Below are positions 12,372-26,137 of a stretch of DNA of 64,000 nt, piece by piece. The position numbers were made by a program, and so were the translations under genes. Source of the DNA: Podarcis melisellensis (Eukaryota). The notes beneath the pieces are model-generated. The model had not been told where the DNA came from. It saw nothing but the letters and a program-made list of their open reading frames with translations, and did not search any database. Location: assembly GCA_964234715.1 (NCBI GenBank), contig OZ174288.1; one strand, 5' to 3'. Each line of letters opens with the position of its first letter. The stretch's first letter is position 1.

Positions 12372-13632
12372 TCATCGCTTGTTGTGCCAAGCTTCTTTAT
12401 AACAGCCCTATGGGTTATTTTCAGCTAGGTCCAACTACGTTTGTACCCTTAGAAATGTGTGGACCTAACTTAGCCATTTCCTCTAATTTCAGTACATCTC
12501 CTATGAGTAGGACTATTGTTGAATACGGCCCTATATGTGTTTCCTTAAAAGCAAACCCCACAGGCAGCACATAGCTTGTTTAGACAAGTCTTCAGTACAA
12601 ATTCAATCTATCAATTTAGGATAGTTGTTGGAGGTGTTACGAGACAGGCCTATGTTGAGCACACTCTGCCCCATAATGCATCTATTCACTGCCTTTATTT
12701 CATTTAAAAGTGTTTCTAAACCACTTTTTAAATTATTTTTGAAATCTCTAAGTCGTGGACACTATATAAAATAGCAAAACAATATCCATTAAAACCAAAA
12801 TGCAACCTGAAACCATAAAACAACAACAAAATAAGTCAAAACAAGAGATCTGGGGGATTTGCTGATTATTATTTTTTTGCAATGCAGCTGTATCCCACCT
12901 GGAACTTGTCGAATGTATTGGACTTACAACTTCCATGGGTTAGATAAGACTGGGAAGGACTCAACTGGGGCTGATAAGAGTTACAATCCAAAATAGATCT
13001 GGAGAGTGCCAGGAAGGTTGGAAAAAGTGGCATAATGCCTCACAAGTCTGCCAGTCTGATTTGACCTGATATGACTGTGAGATAAAAGAGATGGATATGG
13101 TATACCATAGTAACTGCATCCATCTTGAACACAATTGCTTGTGTCCAGCTGGTTCTGTTAACATTGCTATAGTCATTATATACAAAACCACAGCAGATAT
13201 TCTTAAAACGAGCTGCTTTTGTCATCAGTTTGAATCAAACTAAGATTAATTCGGGTCAGCTTTTAAACTTTGCTTAATGGTTTTGCCTTCTCTTCTTCCA
13301 CCTTCAATTGAAGTAACTTTGCTTGGTACTCTTGCCCTTTTGAAGCGCCCAAATCCTTTTCCACGAGAGCCCTAAGGTGGCGAAATGAGGTGAGGGGGTT
13401 CTGAAGAACTATTTTTTTCTGCGCATTAAAAAACAAAACTAAAGTTCAGAAAGTCTGTGGAGTTAGAAAGGAACAGGATGCTTCTTTGTAACATGCAGGG
13501 CTCTGTTTTTAAACCTGTCTGTCAAAATGCAACTCTCTGTGATTCACCTTGTGAAACTTCAAAGAGAGCAAATCTTATGAGCAACTTTATGTTACTTTCA
13601 ATCTGGATAGGACCTTGGGGGAAGCAGTAATC

Positions 13633-13803
13633 AGTTTGGTGTATTGGTTAGTTAGACTGTGAGACCCAGGCCCCAAATCCTCACTCATCCATAAATCCAT
13701 GCTGATCTTTGGGCTATTGATTGTCACTCAGCCTAACCTACCTCACAGCGTTGCTGTGTGGGTAAAATGGGGAGGAGGTAGACCATGTATGCCATGTTGA
13801 GAA
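13633..13803 (+). mobile_element. Old MIR/CORE-like SINE
   Basis: ggtgtattggtta A-box-like start, ctcagcctaacctacctcacagcgttgctgtg CORE-like segment, (AAC)n tail. Confidence 0.6.
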
Positions 13804-14609
13804 CAACAACAGCAACAATTATAATAGCACTGTGGTTATAATTAATTTTATTTTTATTTATTTTTACTTTTCTGGTTCTGTTCAGAGACTGCTCTCCACC
13901 CCACCCCCACTTGAGAGACAAGAGTTGCAGATTGGGGCAAATGGCATTTTCAGTTAGCTGACCATTTCAGGCACATCAAATACGAAGACAAATGGTTAGA
14001 GGCCAAGTAATCAGAGTGAAGTCCCAATCCCTACAGATGGAGCCGTAAAAACATTTAACATGGCTTTTATTACATCTGGAAAATTGAAGTTTTGCTCTCT
14101 AGGTGGAATTTGGGACAAACAAGTCATTATCGAATGCAAAGGGGATAGGTTTGTATTGGGTTTTTATGGGGGATAAAATGGTATAGTGAAATCCAGCAAA
14201 CCTGATGATGGCTGAGGACACAGAGTTAAAAACAACCCCTCTCCATCACTCATTCTCTGACGACACATTGCTGTCCCACTGAAATCCCAAGGATTCTGTC
14301 CACTGATGCTAAGCGGCTGATGGATGTTGCGATTTGCCATACGTCTTGTCGAGCACACTATTTTTCTTTACAGCCTCCCGTTCCCCATCACACATTATTT
14401 TCAAAAGTTCATTTTAGGGGGGGTTCATAGGAAGCTTCTTATGCCATTGAAAGCATGTGTGAGGGGCTGGAGCGGGGGGTTCACACTGACTAGCCGTGCC
14501 CACTTTCAGGGACCGTGTGAAAGGGACCTACATGAGGGGAAAATCCAATTAGCCCAGGCTGATTCCCTCTCACATACGGGAGGCCTTGCGCATGTAAGCA
14601 TTACATTTA

Positions 14610-15410
14610 CACTGTGTACCGTTCTGGTCACCTCACTTCAGAAAGGATATTGTAGAGCTGGAAAAGGTTTGGAAAAGGGCAAATGATCCAGGGAAAGGAG
14701 GAACTTCCCTGTGAAGTAATTCTGTGACATTTGGGGCTTTCTAGTTTAGAGAAATGGGAAGTAAGAAGTGACACGATAGAAGTGTGCAAAATTAGGTGCA
14801 GCGTGGTAAAAGTGGATAGAGAAAAGCTTTTCTCCCTCTCTTATAACAATAGAATTCATGGACATCCAATGAAACCGAACTTTAGGGGATTCAAGACAGG
14901 CACACACAAAAAGTATTTATTTGCATTATGGAATTTGCTTCCACAAGCGCCAGTGACCTGGATGGCTTTAAAAGAGGATTTGACAAATTCATGGAAGATG
15001 GGATTCATAGATAGGGAAAGGTATTTCTCCCTTGAGATACTTGAACTCAAGGCCATCCAATGAGCTGCATTTTGGAAGATTCAGAACAGGCAAAAGACAG
15101 TGCATTGTGAAACTATGGAATTTGCTCCCACAATAGGCAGCCTTGGCCACCAGCCTAAATGGATTTAACGGGAAATTAGACATATTTATGAGAGATAAGG
15201 CTATCAATAGCTACTAGCCAAGATGGCTATGTTCTACCTCCACTTTTAGTATGATTCTGAATGCTACTTGCTGGGGAGCACAACTGTGGAGAGTCCTGTT
15301 GTACTCAGATTCTGCTTTCAGGCTTCCCGTGGGCATCTGGTTGGCCACTGTGAGAAGAGGATGCTGGACTTGATGGGCCATTGGCCTGTTCCAGGAGGGC
15401 TATTCCTGTG
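14610..15410 (+). mobile_element. CR1 LINE 3' end, with an internally repeated segment
   Basis: FWSPHFRKDIVELEKV-like start and squamate CR1 3' UTR. The segment tggaatttgct.ccacaa...gaca.att.atg occurs twice (~14929, ~15116). Confidence 0.75.
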
Positions 15411-15494
15411 TACACTTGTATGCACATAGGGGCATTTCATACTCCCTCCAAACCTGCAGGCAGCTGGGTGCATTGTCAGTGCACTGATACATCC

Positions 15495-16790
15495 ATAACA
15501 TGACCCCATGACTTCCTTTTGATTCCAGATGTCACCATTCCCAACCCCTCACCAGTTTCTCCACAAGAATATCTTAGGACAAGGGGCTTTGTCCTAAGCC
15601 TTGCTTAAATCAAGATACATTGCATCCACAGCATTCCCCTGATCCACCAAGCTTTTTAACTCTAGCAAAATTTTAAAATAGAGTGATCTGGAATGACTTG
15701 CTTTTCAGAAACCCATGCAGGCTCTTAGTAATCATGACATACCTTTTAAAGTGATCACACACGACTCTTTAATTTTCTGTTTCTGGACCTTTCCTGCTAT
15801 TAGCATCAAGCTGACCAGATGGAAGTTGCCTGTGTCCTCTTTCTCCCACTTTTTGAAGATGGGGACAACATTTGCCCACCTCCAGTCCATAGAATTTCCT
15901 AAGAATTCTCTTAAGATTATAGACAGAAGCTCTACAATTGCATCTGCAAGTTCCTTTAGTACCCTTGGTTGCAGTTCATCGGGCACTGGATATTTGAATT
16001 CATTCAAAGTAGCCAGCTGTTCCTTTACCACCTCTTTTTTCTGTTTTGGGCTCCATCTCTGCATCATTTATTTTATTATCACCCAGTTGGGCACTATTTT
16101 TTCTTTTGGAAGAAGGCAGAGAGAAAGTAGGTATTGAGCACTTTCACTTGCTTTCCATCACGGAATACTCTCCATCTTCTCCACACAAAGAACACAATAT
16201 TTTTGTTCTTTCTCTTGCTTTGAACATAGCCAAGAAAAAAACAACATTTATTATTATTTTTAACCTCTCTTGTAAGTCTGAACTCATTCTGAGCTTTAGC
16301 CTACCAGACCTTCCCCCTGCAAGTGTCGGTTGCTCGTTTATACTCTTCCTTCATGAGATACCTCTTTTTCCATTTCTTGTACATGCCCTTCTTAACTCTA
16401 AGCTCATCTGTAAGCTCATTGTGCAACCACACCAGTTTCTTTAGATGCATCCCACTTTTCTGTCTTGTTGGAATTGTTTGAGATTGTGCCTTCAGTATCT
16501 CACCTTTAAGAAACCCCCATCTACCATGGACTCCCTTCTCTTTGAGTATTTCTGACCGTGGAATCTAACCCAGCTTTTTGATGTCCGCTTTCTAGAAGTC
16601 CAAAGTGGATGTCCGACTACACTTGGCTTTCCTTTTCCTCTGTATAATGAATACCAAAGGGATGTGGTCGCTTCCTCTCAAGGTCCCCACTACTTCCACC
16701 TTATTGACCAGTTCTTCCCTGTTGGTGAGGATCAGGTCCAAGATCATCAATCTCATTGTTGCATCTTCCACCTTCTGGAAAATGGAACGC
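15495..16790 (-). mobile_element. CR1 LINE ORF2 fragment (endonuclease end to RT start), degraded
   Basis: ORF-track peptides ILDLILTNREELVNKVEVVGTLRGSDH and PDELQPRVLKELAD...DWRWANVVPIFKK are diagnostic CR1 ORF2 motifs. Confidence 0.88.
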
Positions 16791-17954
16791 AAGTTGAATC
16801 TTTTCAAGAGCTTAGTCCTGTGCCCCAAAAATGGATTTTATTTTATTTTATTTACCAACTCAACTTTTAATTCTGCACTTCAACATTTCCTCCATTCCAC
16901 TTATTGTATTTAAAAATAAATAAATAAATCTGCCTTTTCAAAAGAAATGTTCCTACTGACCTGGAGAATCTTTTTTTTATGTGTTGCTAGCAAAGAACCT
17001 GTGTTGAAATGCCTGTTACCCCTACACTTCAATCATAACCTTTCCCCCACCGCCCCCTCCCATTTTTCTTAGCAAGTGGAGTGATAATGCTGTATAGAAT
17101 TTTGTATCTGATTCTTAAGATTGATTATGTGTGTGCTAATGTATTTTCTGCCCCCTAATGTTTCGGTAATGGCCCTAAAGGGAGCGAACAGCCATTGAAA
17201 CAAGCAATGAGAATAGAATAAACTGAGTGTAGAAGAATTCTCAGCCTTGACATTCCAACTGGTTCATTTGTCAGAGGAAGAACAAAGCTGCTTACCGAGA
17301 GTAGAACTTGGCAATGGATTAAAATAGCATTAAAAAAAGGAAAAAAAGAAGAATTGAACCTTCTTGCCTTTAGAACGGTTCGGCTTGCATCTGCTACTGA
17401 TAGCTTTGTTCCAACATAAAATTGTGTCATGGTTGAGAGTTATTTCTGTTACCGTTTTCTGAACATGGACGAAAGGATGGGAAGAGTCCTTGAGGATTAA
17501 AAAGCAATTGTTTTAAAATGTCATAATCCAAGGTCTTAATTATTAATTTTTTAAAAGGAAGTTGTGACTCTGGAATTATACTATGTTGTGTGGAAAAAGA
17601 AATCAAATGAATTGACGATTACCAGCCATTTTTTATTAGTCATTATTGATGGACCATTACAGAGACGTTGAGCTTTATCTAAGCTGGGTTTACTCAGAGC
17701 AGAGCTACTGAAAGTAATAAACCCAAGTTAATTGATTTCAAGGATCAACTCGGAGCAGGACTGACCTTGGATACAACACTTCACACTAATGCCAAGCCTA
17801 GTTGAGTGAATGCCGGCAGCAGTGTTAGGGAGCCTGTGATCCTCCAAATTTGTTGGACTCTCCAACTTCCATCAGCCCCAGCCAGCAACATCTAGAGGGC
17901 TACTTGTTACCTAGTCTGGACCTATAGCACTAGAGTCAAAATGCAACTGGTGAT

Positions 17955-18155
17955 GATCATGGCTACTAGCCCTGGTGGCTATGCTCTGCTTCTATGGTTG
18001 GCAACAGTAATGCTTCTGAATGCCATTTGCTGGAAACCACATGGTGCTCTGGCCCTGCTTGAGGGTTTCCCACAGGCCTCTGGGTGGCCACTGTGAGAAC
18101 AGGTTGCTGGATTAGATGAGCTATTGGCCTGATCCAGCGGGCTCTTCTCATGTTC
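17955..18155 (+). mobile_element. CR1 3' UTR fragment
   Basis: ggctactagcc...ggccactgtgagaacagg...ggcctgatccagc motif. Confidence 0.65.
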
Positions 18156-18376
18156 TCAGTTGCCAGGGAGCAAACAGCAGGAAAGGGCTAGTTGCCTTTA
18201 TATATTGTTTATGGGATCCCATAGACATCCAGTTTGACCACAGTGGAATGATAGACTTGATTCACCCTTGGGCTGATCCAGCAGGGTTCCCCTTAAATGT
18301 TTAAATAAATAGAATGATATTAATTATGCTAAGCACTTTGGAATTTGGATTAATTTTCTGTTTTGCTTTTTTAAAG

Positions 18377-18418
18377 GATTGCATTGATGTAGAGGAGGAT
18401 GAAGATGACGACGACAAG
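18377..18418 (+). CDS. MCTP2: MCTP2 42-nt acidic micro-exon, phase 0-0
   Basis: tttttaaag acceptor, GTAAGA donor at 18419. Translates DCIDVEEDEDDDDK, in frame with both neighbouring exons. Confidence 0.92.
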
Positions 18419-18759
18419 GTAAGATGCAACATAGAGCAGATTAGTGTCACATGTTCATTGCTGAGTCCATTCAGGGCACTTCCAAGTTGTCATTATTTTC
18501 AGTTGAGATTTGTTCGCAACATGGCAAAGGAAAGTAGCAGGGAAATGCATGAAAAAGTGTGGGATGATGCTTGATGCAACATCACTTCATTTCCCCACAT
18601 GCAAACCACAATGAATGCTCATTAAATGGCCCGTGTTGTCTAATCTCTCCACTGACAAATTGGGAAGAATACTCATAAAACAGGTCATCTGGAAGTGACC
18701 TCAGTCCCATTTCTGTAGCCATCAACTATTTTTAAAAAGCCAAAAATTAATATTATAGG

Positions 18760-18950
18760 ATTATAGCCAACTGCATTTTACTCAAAGTAGACTCACCAAA
18801 ATTATTGGACCTAAGTTAGGCACATCTGTTAACTTGAATGGGTGGTATTCAATGTTTGTCCTGTTCAGAGTAGACCCATTGAAGCTAGTAGACAGGACTA
18901 ACATTCATTTATTTTCATGGGTCTGTTCTAAGTAGGACTTGAATATTACT
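18760..18950. repeat. Two adjacent copies of a short palindromic element (agagtagacccattgaa...tgggtct)
   Basis: Inverted arms. Relatives at ~5720-5790, 12420-12530, 17680-17780, 22550-22610. Confidence 0.5.
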
Positions 18951-20263
18951 CATTGTGTTTCACCTCACAAAATACACACTTTTGTTCACATTTTATCCTA
19001 AAATGTACACTTTAACCTAATAGACTTTCTTTTTTTTCTTTTTTTCTTTTTCTTTTTTTTGAGCCAGGAACTGTCTCATAAATTTCAGAGAATTGCAAAA
19101 CTGCAAGACAATTGTGTTCCATCCAGGAAGCACAAATCAGGTTGTTCCATTTAAAAACAAAGACTAAACTACGTCTTCAAGTATCTCTAACACACATACA
19201 CAGAGAGGCAGCCATGTTGGTCTATTGGGACAGCGGGGAATCTGTAAAGAGATGGTGAAACAATATTTTGATTCCCGGGTTGGGGAACTGGATCAGACAA
19301 GCCGGCCAGATCCCAACATCCCCTAACCTCCACAAACCACTTTGACAGGAGGGCAGGCCCTACCCTACCTTCCTAAAGTAGCATTCACACCATTGCTATT
19401 TGTATGAACGGCATCATTTCAACCCTGGAATCTTTGCTGGCCATTTAGATTTTCAAGGATGGTGCTTTAGAAGAGTACTGGTGAGGTCCAAGAATACTGC
19501 TTGTTGCACAGAAACATTGGGATAATTATTACATTTTAGTATTGTGTCACCGAAACACACAAAAGTAAACTTTCTAAAAGACATCCCACCCCCCCAATGA
19601 AATGACTCCTAAAACTTGGGAAAGCTGTTGGCTGGGATCTGACACAGAAGGTCATGGTTTCTATCAAACGTGTGCGTGTTTTATCAAAAGTATACAGAGA
19701 AAAGAGGGGGAGAGGGAGCTTTCTTGGATTCTGTTGCATGTCAGACATAACAGACCTTGCTTCTGGGAATTGTAACACACCCTCGGAGACTAACTGTTTA
19801 CGACTTAGAAACACATAGACACTTAGTTCAAAAACAGAAGAGCAGATTAAACTCCCTTCCATCTGAATGATCAATCTTTAAAAATGGAAGAGCTTAGCTT
19901 CCAGCTCCCCCTTTTCCAACAGAGGAGACAGCAGCAGAAGATAACAGTGGTTCATTCCCAGGGCACTTTTCCTTTCTTGAATGCTCGCTCCATAGCATTG
20001 CCATTTTAAATGTATAGTTCAACTTCTTACATAAAACTGTAAGAGCTCTGAAACTCTGCTTCTACAACAAGGAATGCATACACACAGGGGGTCTTTTTAA
20101 AAATATATATAAATATATAACATGGATGCTTCTTATGAATCCATACACATTATCCAAATTTCCAGCTGTATTGTCTTGGGGACAGTACAAATATGGTTTT
20201 TATCTGACACAGACAGTTGTGGACAAGGAAGAATTTGAGCTGTACTGTTCAGGATAGTAAACA

Positions 20264-20605
20264 TAAAGGTAAAGGGGCCCCTGACCATTAGGTCCAGTCG
20301 TGACCGACTCTGGGGTTGCGACGCTCATCTTGCTTTATTGGCTGAGGGAGCCGGCGTACAGCTTCCAGGTCATGTGGCCAGCATGACTAAGCTGCTTCTG
20401 GCGAACCAGAGCAGCGCACGGAAATGCCGTTTACCTTCCCGCCAGAGGAAGTACCTTCCCCGCACTTTGAGATGCTTTTGAACTGGTAGGTTGGCAGGAG
20501 CAGGGACCGAGGAACGGGCGCTCACCCTGTTGCGGGGATTCAAACCGCCAACCTTCTGATCGGCAAGCCCTAGGCTCTGTGGTTTAACCCACAGTGCCAC
20601 CCACA
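20264..20605 (-). mobile_element. Sauria SINE
   Basis: Reverse complement of the 36052 copy, (ACCTTT)n tail, flanking duplication ttcaggatag at 20248-20257 and 20606-20615. Confidence 0.92.
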
Positions 20606-21866
20606 TTCAGGATAGACGTATCTGCAAAGATACTTTGGAGAGTGTATCCTTAAGACCAGTTTTGTAACAAACGGCTACCATATTGCATAAAATTTATCTG
20701 GTTTTTCTGTCCCTTTTTTCACTTTTGAGTTGTGAATTATTTTCTCAGCCATGGCTGAACACCAAATATTTTTACACTGCAACTCCAAGGGTTGTAGGCC
20801 TTATACCTTGTAAGGCCTTCCAGGTATGAGCCATAGCTTGTTGAGTGACCATGCAGTCTTAACATGTCCCTGTATCATTCAGTATCCGTGTAGGAGCCAA
20901 GTTTTCATGAGCTCTATTGCTTTGTGTTTGCTCTGTGTTTGTTCAGTGAGAGAGAATGGTTGGTTTTTCAGCTTTTTCATGTGAGTCCTGGACTCTGGTC
21001 TTGAGTCAGACACAGCTGTCGTAAAGCCTGCCAAGGAAGCTTAAAAAAAGGCTCAAGGGAACTGAGCTGGTCCTGAGGTATCGACTCACATAGCATAGCT
21101 CAAAGAAGGCCTTGATCCTTGGGTCTGGAAGAGCACCTCTGAGTTTGTTTGACTAAGCACCAGCTCCTGAAGCAACATATAATCTCTGTAAACTGAAGTT
21201 GAGGCAGAATCTATTTTGGGTAACCCTCCCCATTTGGCCCAGAGTATGTGGCCACATCCGCATCATACATTTAAAGCACTATGCTACTGCTGTAAACAAT
21301 CATGGGCTTCTCCCCAAAGAATCCTGGGAAGCAGAGTTTCTTGAGGGTGTTGGAAGTTGTTAGGAGACCCAAATTCCCCTCTTGGAACTACAGTTTGCCG
21401 AGCTCCCTTGGAAGAGGGACTGAGTGTTAAACCACTCTGGGAATTATCACTCTAGAAGGGGAAAGGCACAGCCCCCAACTCACAGCCCCCAACCCACTTC
21501 AGCCTTTATTTCTACCTACCATTGGTGTGAGGCTCTTGGAAAACATTTTGGGGAGGAGGTAACCCTTGGTTCCCAACCCCTGCACTAGACCATCTGTATC
21601 AGGGTGCCACCAATGCTTTGATGCCTATGGGCATATTTGGAATTTTGAGAGTGCTGTAGCATACCATCCCCTCTTATAAGGTGAAATTTACACCCATTGA
21701 TATGCCCATTTTTGCCTGCACGCACCACTGGTTTGTGCTCCCTCACCAAAAGTTGCCCAGAAGAGAATGTGACCCTCAGGCTGAAAGAAGCACCTCCCAG
21801 CCCTTTGCTAATTAATGATTCGTCCCTGCCAAGCAATGACAGTCTGACCTATGGCTTGTTTTAGAC

Positions 21867-22002
21867 CTGGCATAGGACAACTCGGCCCTCCGGATATTTT
21901 GGGACTACAATTCCCATCATCCATGACCACTGGTCCTGTTAGCTAGGGATGATGCGAGTTGTAGTCCCAAAACAGCTGGAGGGCCGAGTTGGCCTTTGCC
22001 TG
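21867..22002. mobile_element. Palindromic hAT-type MITE
   Basis: caactcggccctcc...ggagggccgagttg and gggactacaa...ttgtagtccc inverted arms. Confidence 0.75.
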
Positions 22003-23744
22003 TTGAGACATTTCCTTTGAAGAACTTATTTAATCCATCCCTATGTATGCAGGATATTTAATATCCTATACTAAAGCTGAACAATAGGAATCCTAGGGCA
22101 GCTTGCAGTGAAAAAGTTAGAAAACTATAAAGCTAATATATTATAATGCATGAAACTATAAAGAAACATATTACATACTGCATATCAATTAAACAATCTA
22201 AACATTTTCATGTTGGCCGGGGAAGTTTGTTTAAGCATACATTAAAAACCTGATTGCATTGATCAGTTTTCAACCTGTCATCTAATTTGCTTGAGCTTCA
22301 TCCAAACTTCCTGGGGATATGGGCAAGGGAATGCCAACCCACAGTCCAGCTTCCCAAAAGGGGATAGGAGTGCTCCTCAGCTGGAGGACAGTGCTGAGTT
22401 TTCGTCCATCCTATATAAAGCAAAAAATTGCATTTAAGTGTCATTTTTCATTCCCCCGATCTTAAATTTGCCTTTCTTTAGGAGACTCAAGCACAAAACC
22501 ATCTGATACTTTAAAATCAGCTCCAGGCCACTGGTATTGAAGGACATAACTCACTTAGCCCACTAATTTCATTGGGTCTATTCTGAGTAAAATTTAGCTG
22601 GATGCAACCTATACTTTTCTTTACCAAAACAACAACTACCAAATATTGAAATCTGTTAAAACTACCATTGTGCCCTACGCTCCAACTTGAGTTGTTTGGA
22701 AGCTACTCTCAGTATGGCTGTCCAGCCATAGGCCCAATTAACCCTCTCACCAAAGTCTTTGATCCATCCTGTTTTCCTGGTGGAGCCTGTACAGATAACC
22801 CCAATTTTCTCTGCTTCCTGTTCTCCAGGGGGCTAGCTCTGCAGAGGCTCATTTTATTTATTAAATATATTTTTAGACAGCTTTGCAGGCAATGTGCATA
22901 ACCCTGTCTCTAGGGTCAGAGGTGCTGAAAGTGGGACACGCTGTTGCACAATGTCACAAAACCTTGGCCTCTTGGAGTGAACACCCAGCGTGTTCATTGT
23001 ATGCCATTGGGTGATGGGTGCTTGACAAACGTTAGATGTTGAACATTTTGGCCTCCCTTGGGCAAGAGCTACACATCTTATTCATTTTCCAAGTTCAAGC
23101 TGAGGTGAATTACTCAGACACAAAAGCCTTTAAATTCCGACTCTGTTCAACTTTCCTCCACCCCTCCCTTAGTTCTTTTTCTCTGACATGCTTAATCTTC
23201 ACCAAGACCCCCTTTTGTAGTTTTGCTTAAGCAATTAATGGAGAAGCAAGGTCTTTTCTTAGCTCAGAATATGCAGGGAAGATTTTAAGCAACACACTGA
23301 TCATGTAATTAATTCTCAGTTGTAAATTCGTTTTGATGGTTTTAATGCTTTCCCAGAGGAAGAGGGCTGCTTTTATTCTACACCGAGTAGCACAGCCGGG
23401 TGAGAAACAGTTGAAGTAAGAAAGGGGCTGTGAAGAAAAAGGGGTCTCCCTCTGCTTAGTTCAGGATGAGAAGGAAAGGTTGAGAGGACAGATTTGTCAT
23501 ACAGGCAGGGAATTTTCGCCTTAATTTTAAACAAAGGCTTCTGAGCTCAGAGTATCAAGTCACTGATGCCCATCTGTGTGTGTTTCTTCAGTGAGCCAGT
23601 TAGAAATTGGCTTAAGAAGACCACGTTGCCAAAGAAGTTGCAATCAAAATAATATTCACCAAAAGAAGTGGAATGCAGAACAACTGGAGTGAAATGGATT
23701 GTTCAATACAATGCAGCCTCGAGACTCTTACCAAAATGCACGTT

Positions 23745-24260
23745 GTGTGAAGCTGCCCTGGTACCTAGTCCAGAAGCTTCAACTAGTGCAGAACGCAGTA
23801 GACAGACTGCTCAAAGGGGCAGGTTACTGACTCCACTGTTGACACAGCTGTACTGTTTGCCGATTTGCTATTGGGTCTGTTTCAAGGTTCTTGTGTTAAT
23901 TCACAAAGCTCTAAACAAGTTGGACCCAAAGTATCTTAAGGAACGTATAATTCCTTATGCTCCACTTCAATCACTGATTTCCTCTGATGAGGCACTTCTT
24001 GTGGTTTCCTACACCCCTAAGGTTCAGTCAATCTTTGTTAGGAACCAAGTGTGGCAGGCCCTGCCCAGTAGAAGTCCCTACCCATAGACACTGGGCAGGA
24101 TTTATCCATGTCTTCTTATAGAACTTCTCTGAAAACTATAATTTTGACATGCCTTTGCAATATTCTTTTTCTTTTTAAGAACGGTATAATCTATGTTGTA
24201 TACCGCCTTGTTATACTTGCATGGAAGTGCAAATTATAAATGCTTAGGTAAATAAATAAA
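23745..24260 (+). mobile_element. Older L2 LINE 3' fragment
   Basis: QKLQLVQNA and LYCLPICYWVCFKVLVLIHKALN motifs, (TAAA)n tail. Confidence 0.75.
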
Positions 24261-24408
24261 ATGCAGTATGATCCAAGAAAAGACAAGCAATTCCATAGGC
24301 TTAAACTTTTCCCTGCCTAATCATGTACAAATATGAGGCTTGTGTCCAATTTTAAAAGTGTATGGGAGACAGATCTTCAGTCTTGCAGCTTATTGCTAGC
24401 CCCTAGAC

Positions 24409-24620
24409 CAGAGCTTTCCAAACTTTTCATGTTGGTGACACAATTTTTAGACATGCATCATTTCTTGACACAATAATTCTGTTTTATTAGCAAACCAGAG
24501 GTTTAAACTACTGTAACCCCTTTCCAGCCCCAGGAGAAGCACGGAGAGCATTTACGTGACATACCTACACACTGCAGCCGACACACTAATGTGTTGCAAC
24601 ACACAGTTTGGAAATCTCCA
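24409..24620. mobile_element. hAT MITE
   Basis: Exact 8-bp TSD ccctagac (24401-24408, 24621-24628), TIR core tttccaaact...agtttggaaa. Confidence 0.85.
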
Positions 24621-26027
24621 CCCTAGACCTCTACTAGGAGAGCAGAGTGGTCATGTAAGAATAAGTAGTTTCCCATCACTTTATAGTTTAGGCCAGAAGC
24701 TAACCCAGATTAACCAGCAGCCTACTCATTTGTTCACTGGATTTCTTAGCCCTTGTTATGTTATATACAGATTATAGAGACAGATGTAGATTCATATGGC
24801 TATTAATATAGAGACAGACCCCCATATGACTCTTAGGATGTCCTTCAGCATAAATCGGCGACTTCATTTTAACTTGATCTCTGAGTTGCAGGCAGTCCAG
24901 ATAGTCTGCAACAAGAAGATTTAATGTTGTGTTTGCTAAAGTGTGTCATCACCACATTTTTGTAGCACAATCTAAGATGTGTAAACAAAGTCAGCAGGAT
25001 GCATATCCAGCTGCCAGATGATATTCTTCACAGTTCCAGGTTGCAAGAACAGGCTTGCCCTGGAATATCTTGGTATTGTGTGTATGTGTGTGTGTTTTAA
25101 ATTCTGTTGCCACGAAGAATTGGCCAGAAGTTAGAGCGAGCCAGGCAAAGCACTGGGTGACCCTGCTAGATTTTTAAGCATAGGCCTCACTGTGTGCTGT
25201 GTTCTGTGACCTGTGCCAAGGTAGGAGAAGGCTACATGGAGCTGCTTGTTGGCAAACACATGTGCCCAAACCTGTGTGCACAGAGATAACATCTGGGGAG
25301 GGAAGCATTTGTAGGGAACAAACAATGATTGGGAGGGTTAAGCATCCCCATCCCTCTGCTAGGATGGTCTTATGGGGAAAACACATGGATGAGCAGCCTG
25401 TGTTTGCCTTGTAGTGTATAGTTTTGAGGTAGCCAGTGTTGTGTCCTGGGTGTCCTGGGTGACAATTCCCATTGTCTCTGACTAGCTGCAGCTGATGGGA
25501 ATTGTGGCCTGCCACATGTAGAGGACACCATATTGCCAATCCTTGGTTTATTTCCATCCTCGGTGATATGGCTGTGTGGACTGTTGCTGATGGAGGTTGT
25601 AGTTCAACACATCTAGAGGGGCCCCAGGTTGGGGGAGCCTGTTTCAAAGGATATGGATTTCTGAAAATGTCTCTTTCTGTGTTATATTTTGCCTCTCTTA
25701 TAAGCAGCTTTGCAGTTCCAAGAACTTTCAAGTGACCTGAAGGAACCTTCCACCAAAGTGCTAAAAGCAGAAGTGTAGGTTTCTGTTGTTTTAAGTCTTG
25801 AAATAGAATATTCATAATGAATACCATAGGTTTCCAGGTTACCTCTCCAGACGGTTTGAGCGCCTGAATTTCAAACTTTGCTGTGCTGAAAGATATTACC
25901 AAACATCTTACAATAATCTTCTTACAACCCTCATCGTCTGGGACAATTTTAGGACATACAAACCTTATGATTTGTGTTTTTCTTTTCTCCCCCACCCCCT
26001 TGCCTTTCTTTTCCTTAATCCTCCCAG

Positions 26028-26137
26028 GAATCTGATAAAAAAGGCTTGATAGAAAGAATCCACATGGTTCAAGACATTGTTATAACAGTCCAAACACTTT
26101 TGGAGGAAATCGCATCATTTGCAGAGAGGATAAAGAA
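26028..26137 (+). CDS. MCTP2: MCTP2 coding exon, 110 nt, phase 0-2
   Basis: Long pyrimidine tract + CAG, GTAAGT donor at 26138. [36 protein letters not shown](N) is close to recalled MCTP2 [18 protein letters not shown]...ERIK. Confidence 0.96.

Noticed and set aside
19732-20069. Solo LTR (TGTTG...CAACA)
   Set aside because: No TSD; short terminal matches are expected by chance.
25174-25995. Longest non-TE ORF (273 aa, minus strand)
   Set aside because: Antisense to an MCTP2 intron, runs through MITE remnants, non-ATG start, no recognisable domain.
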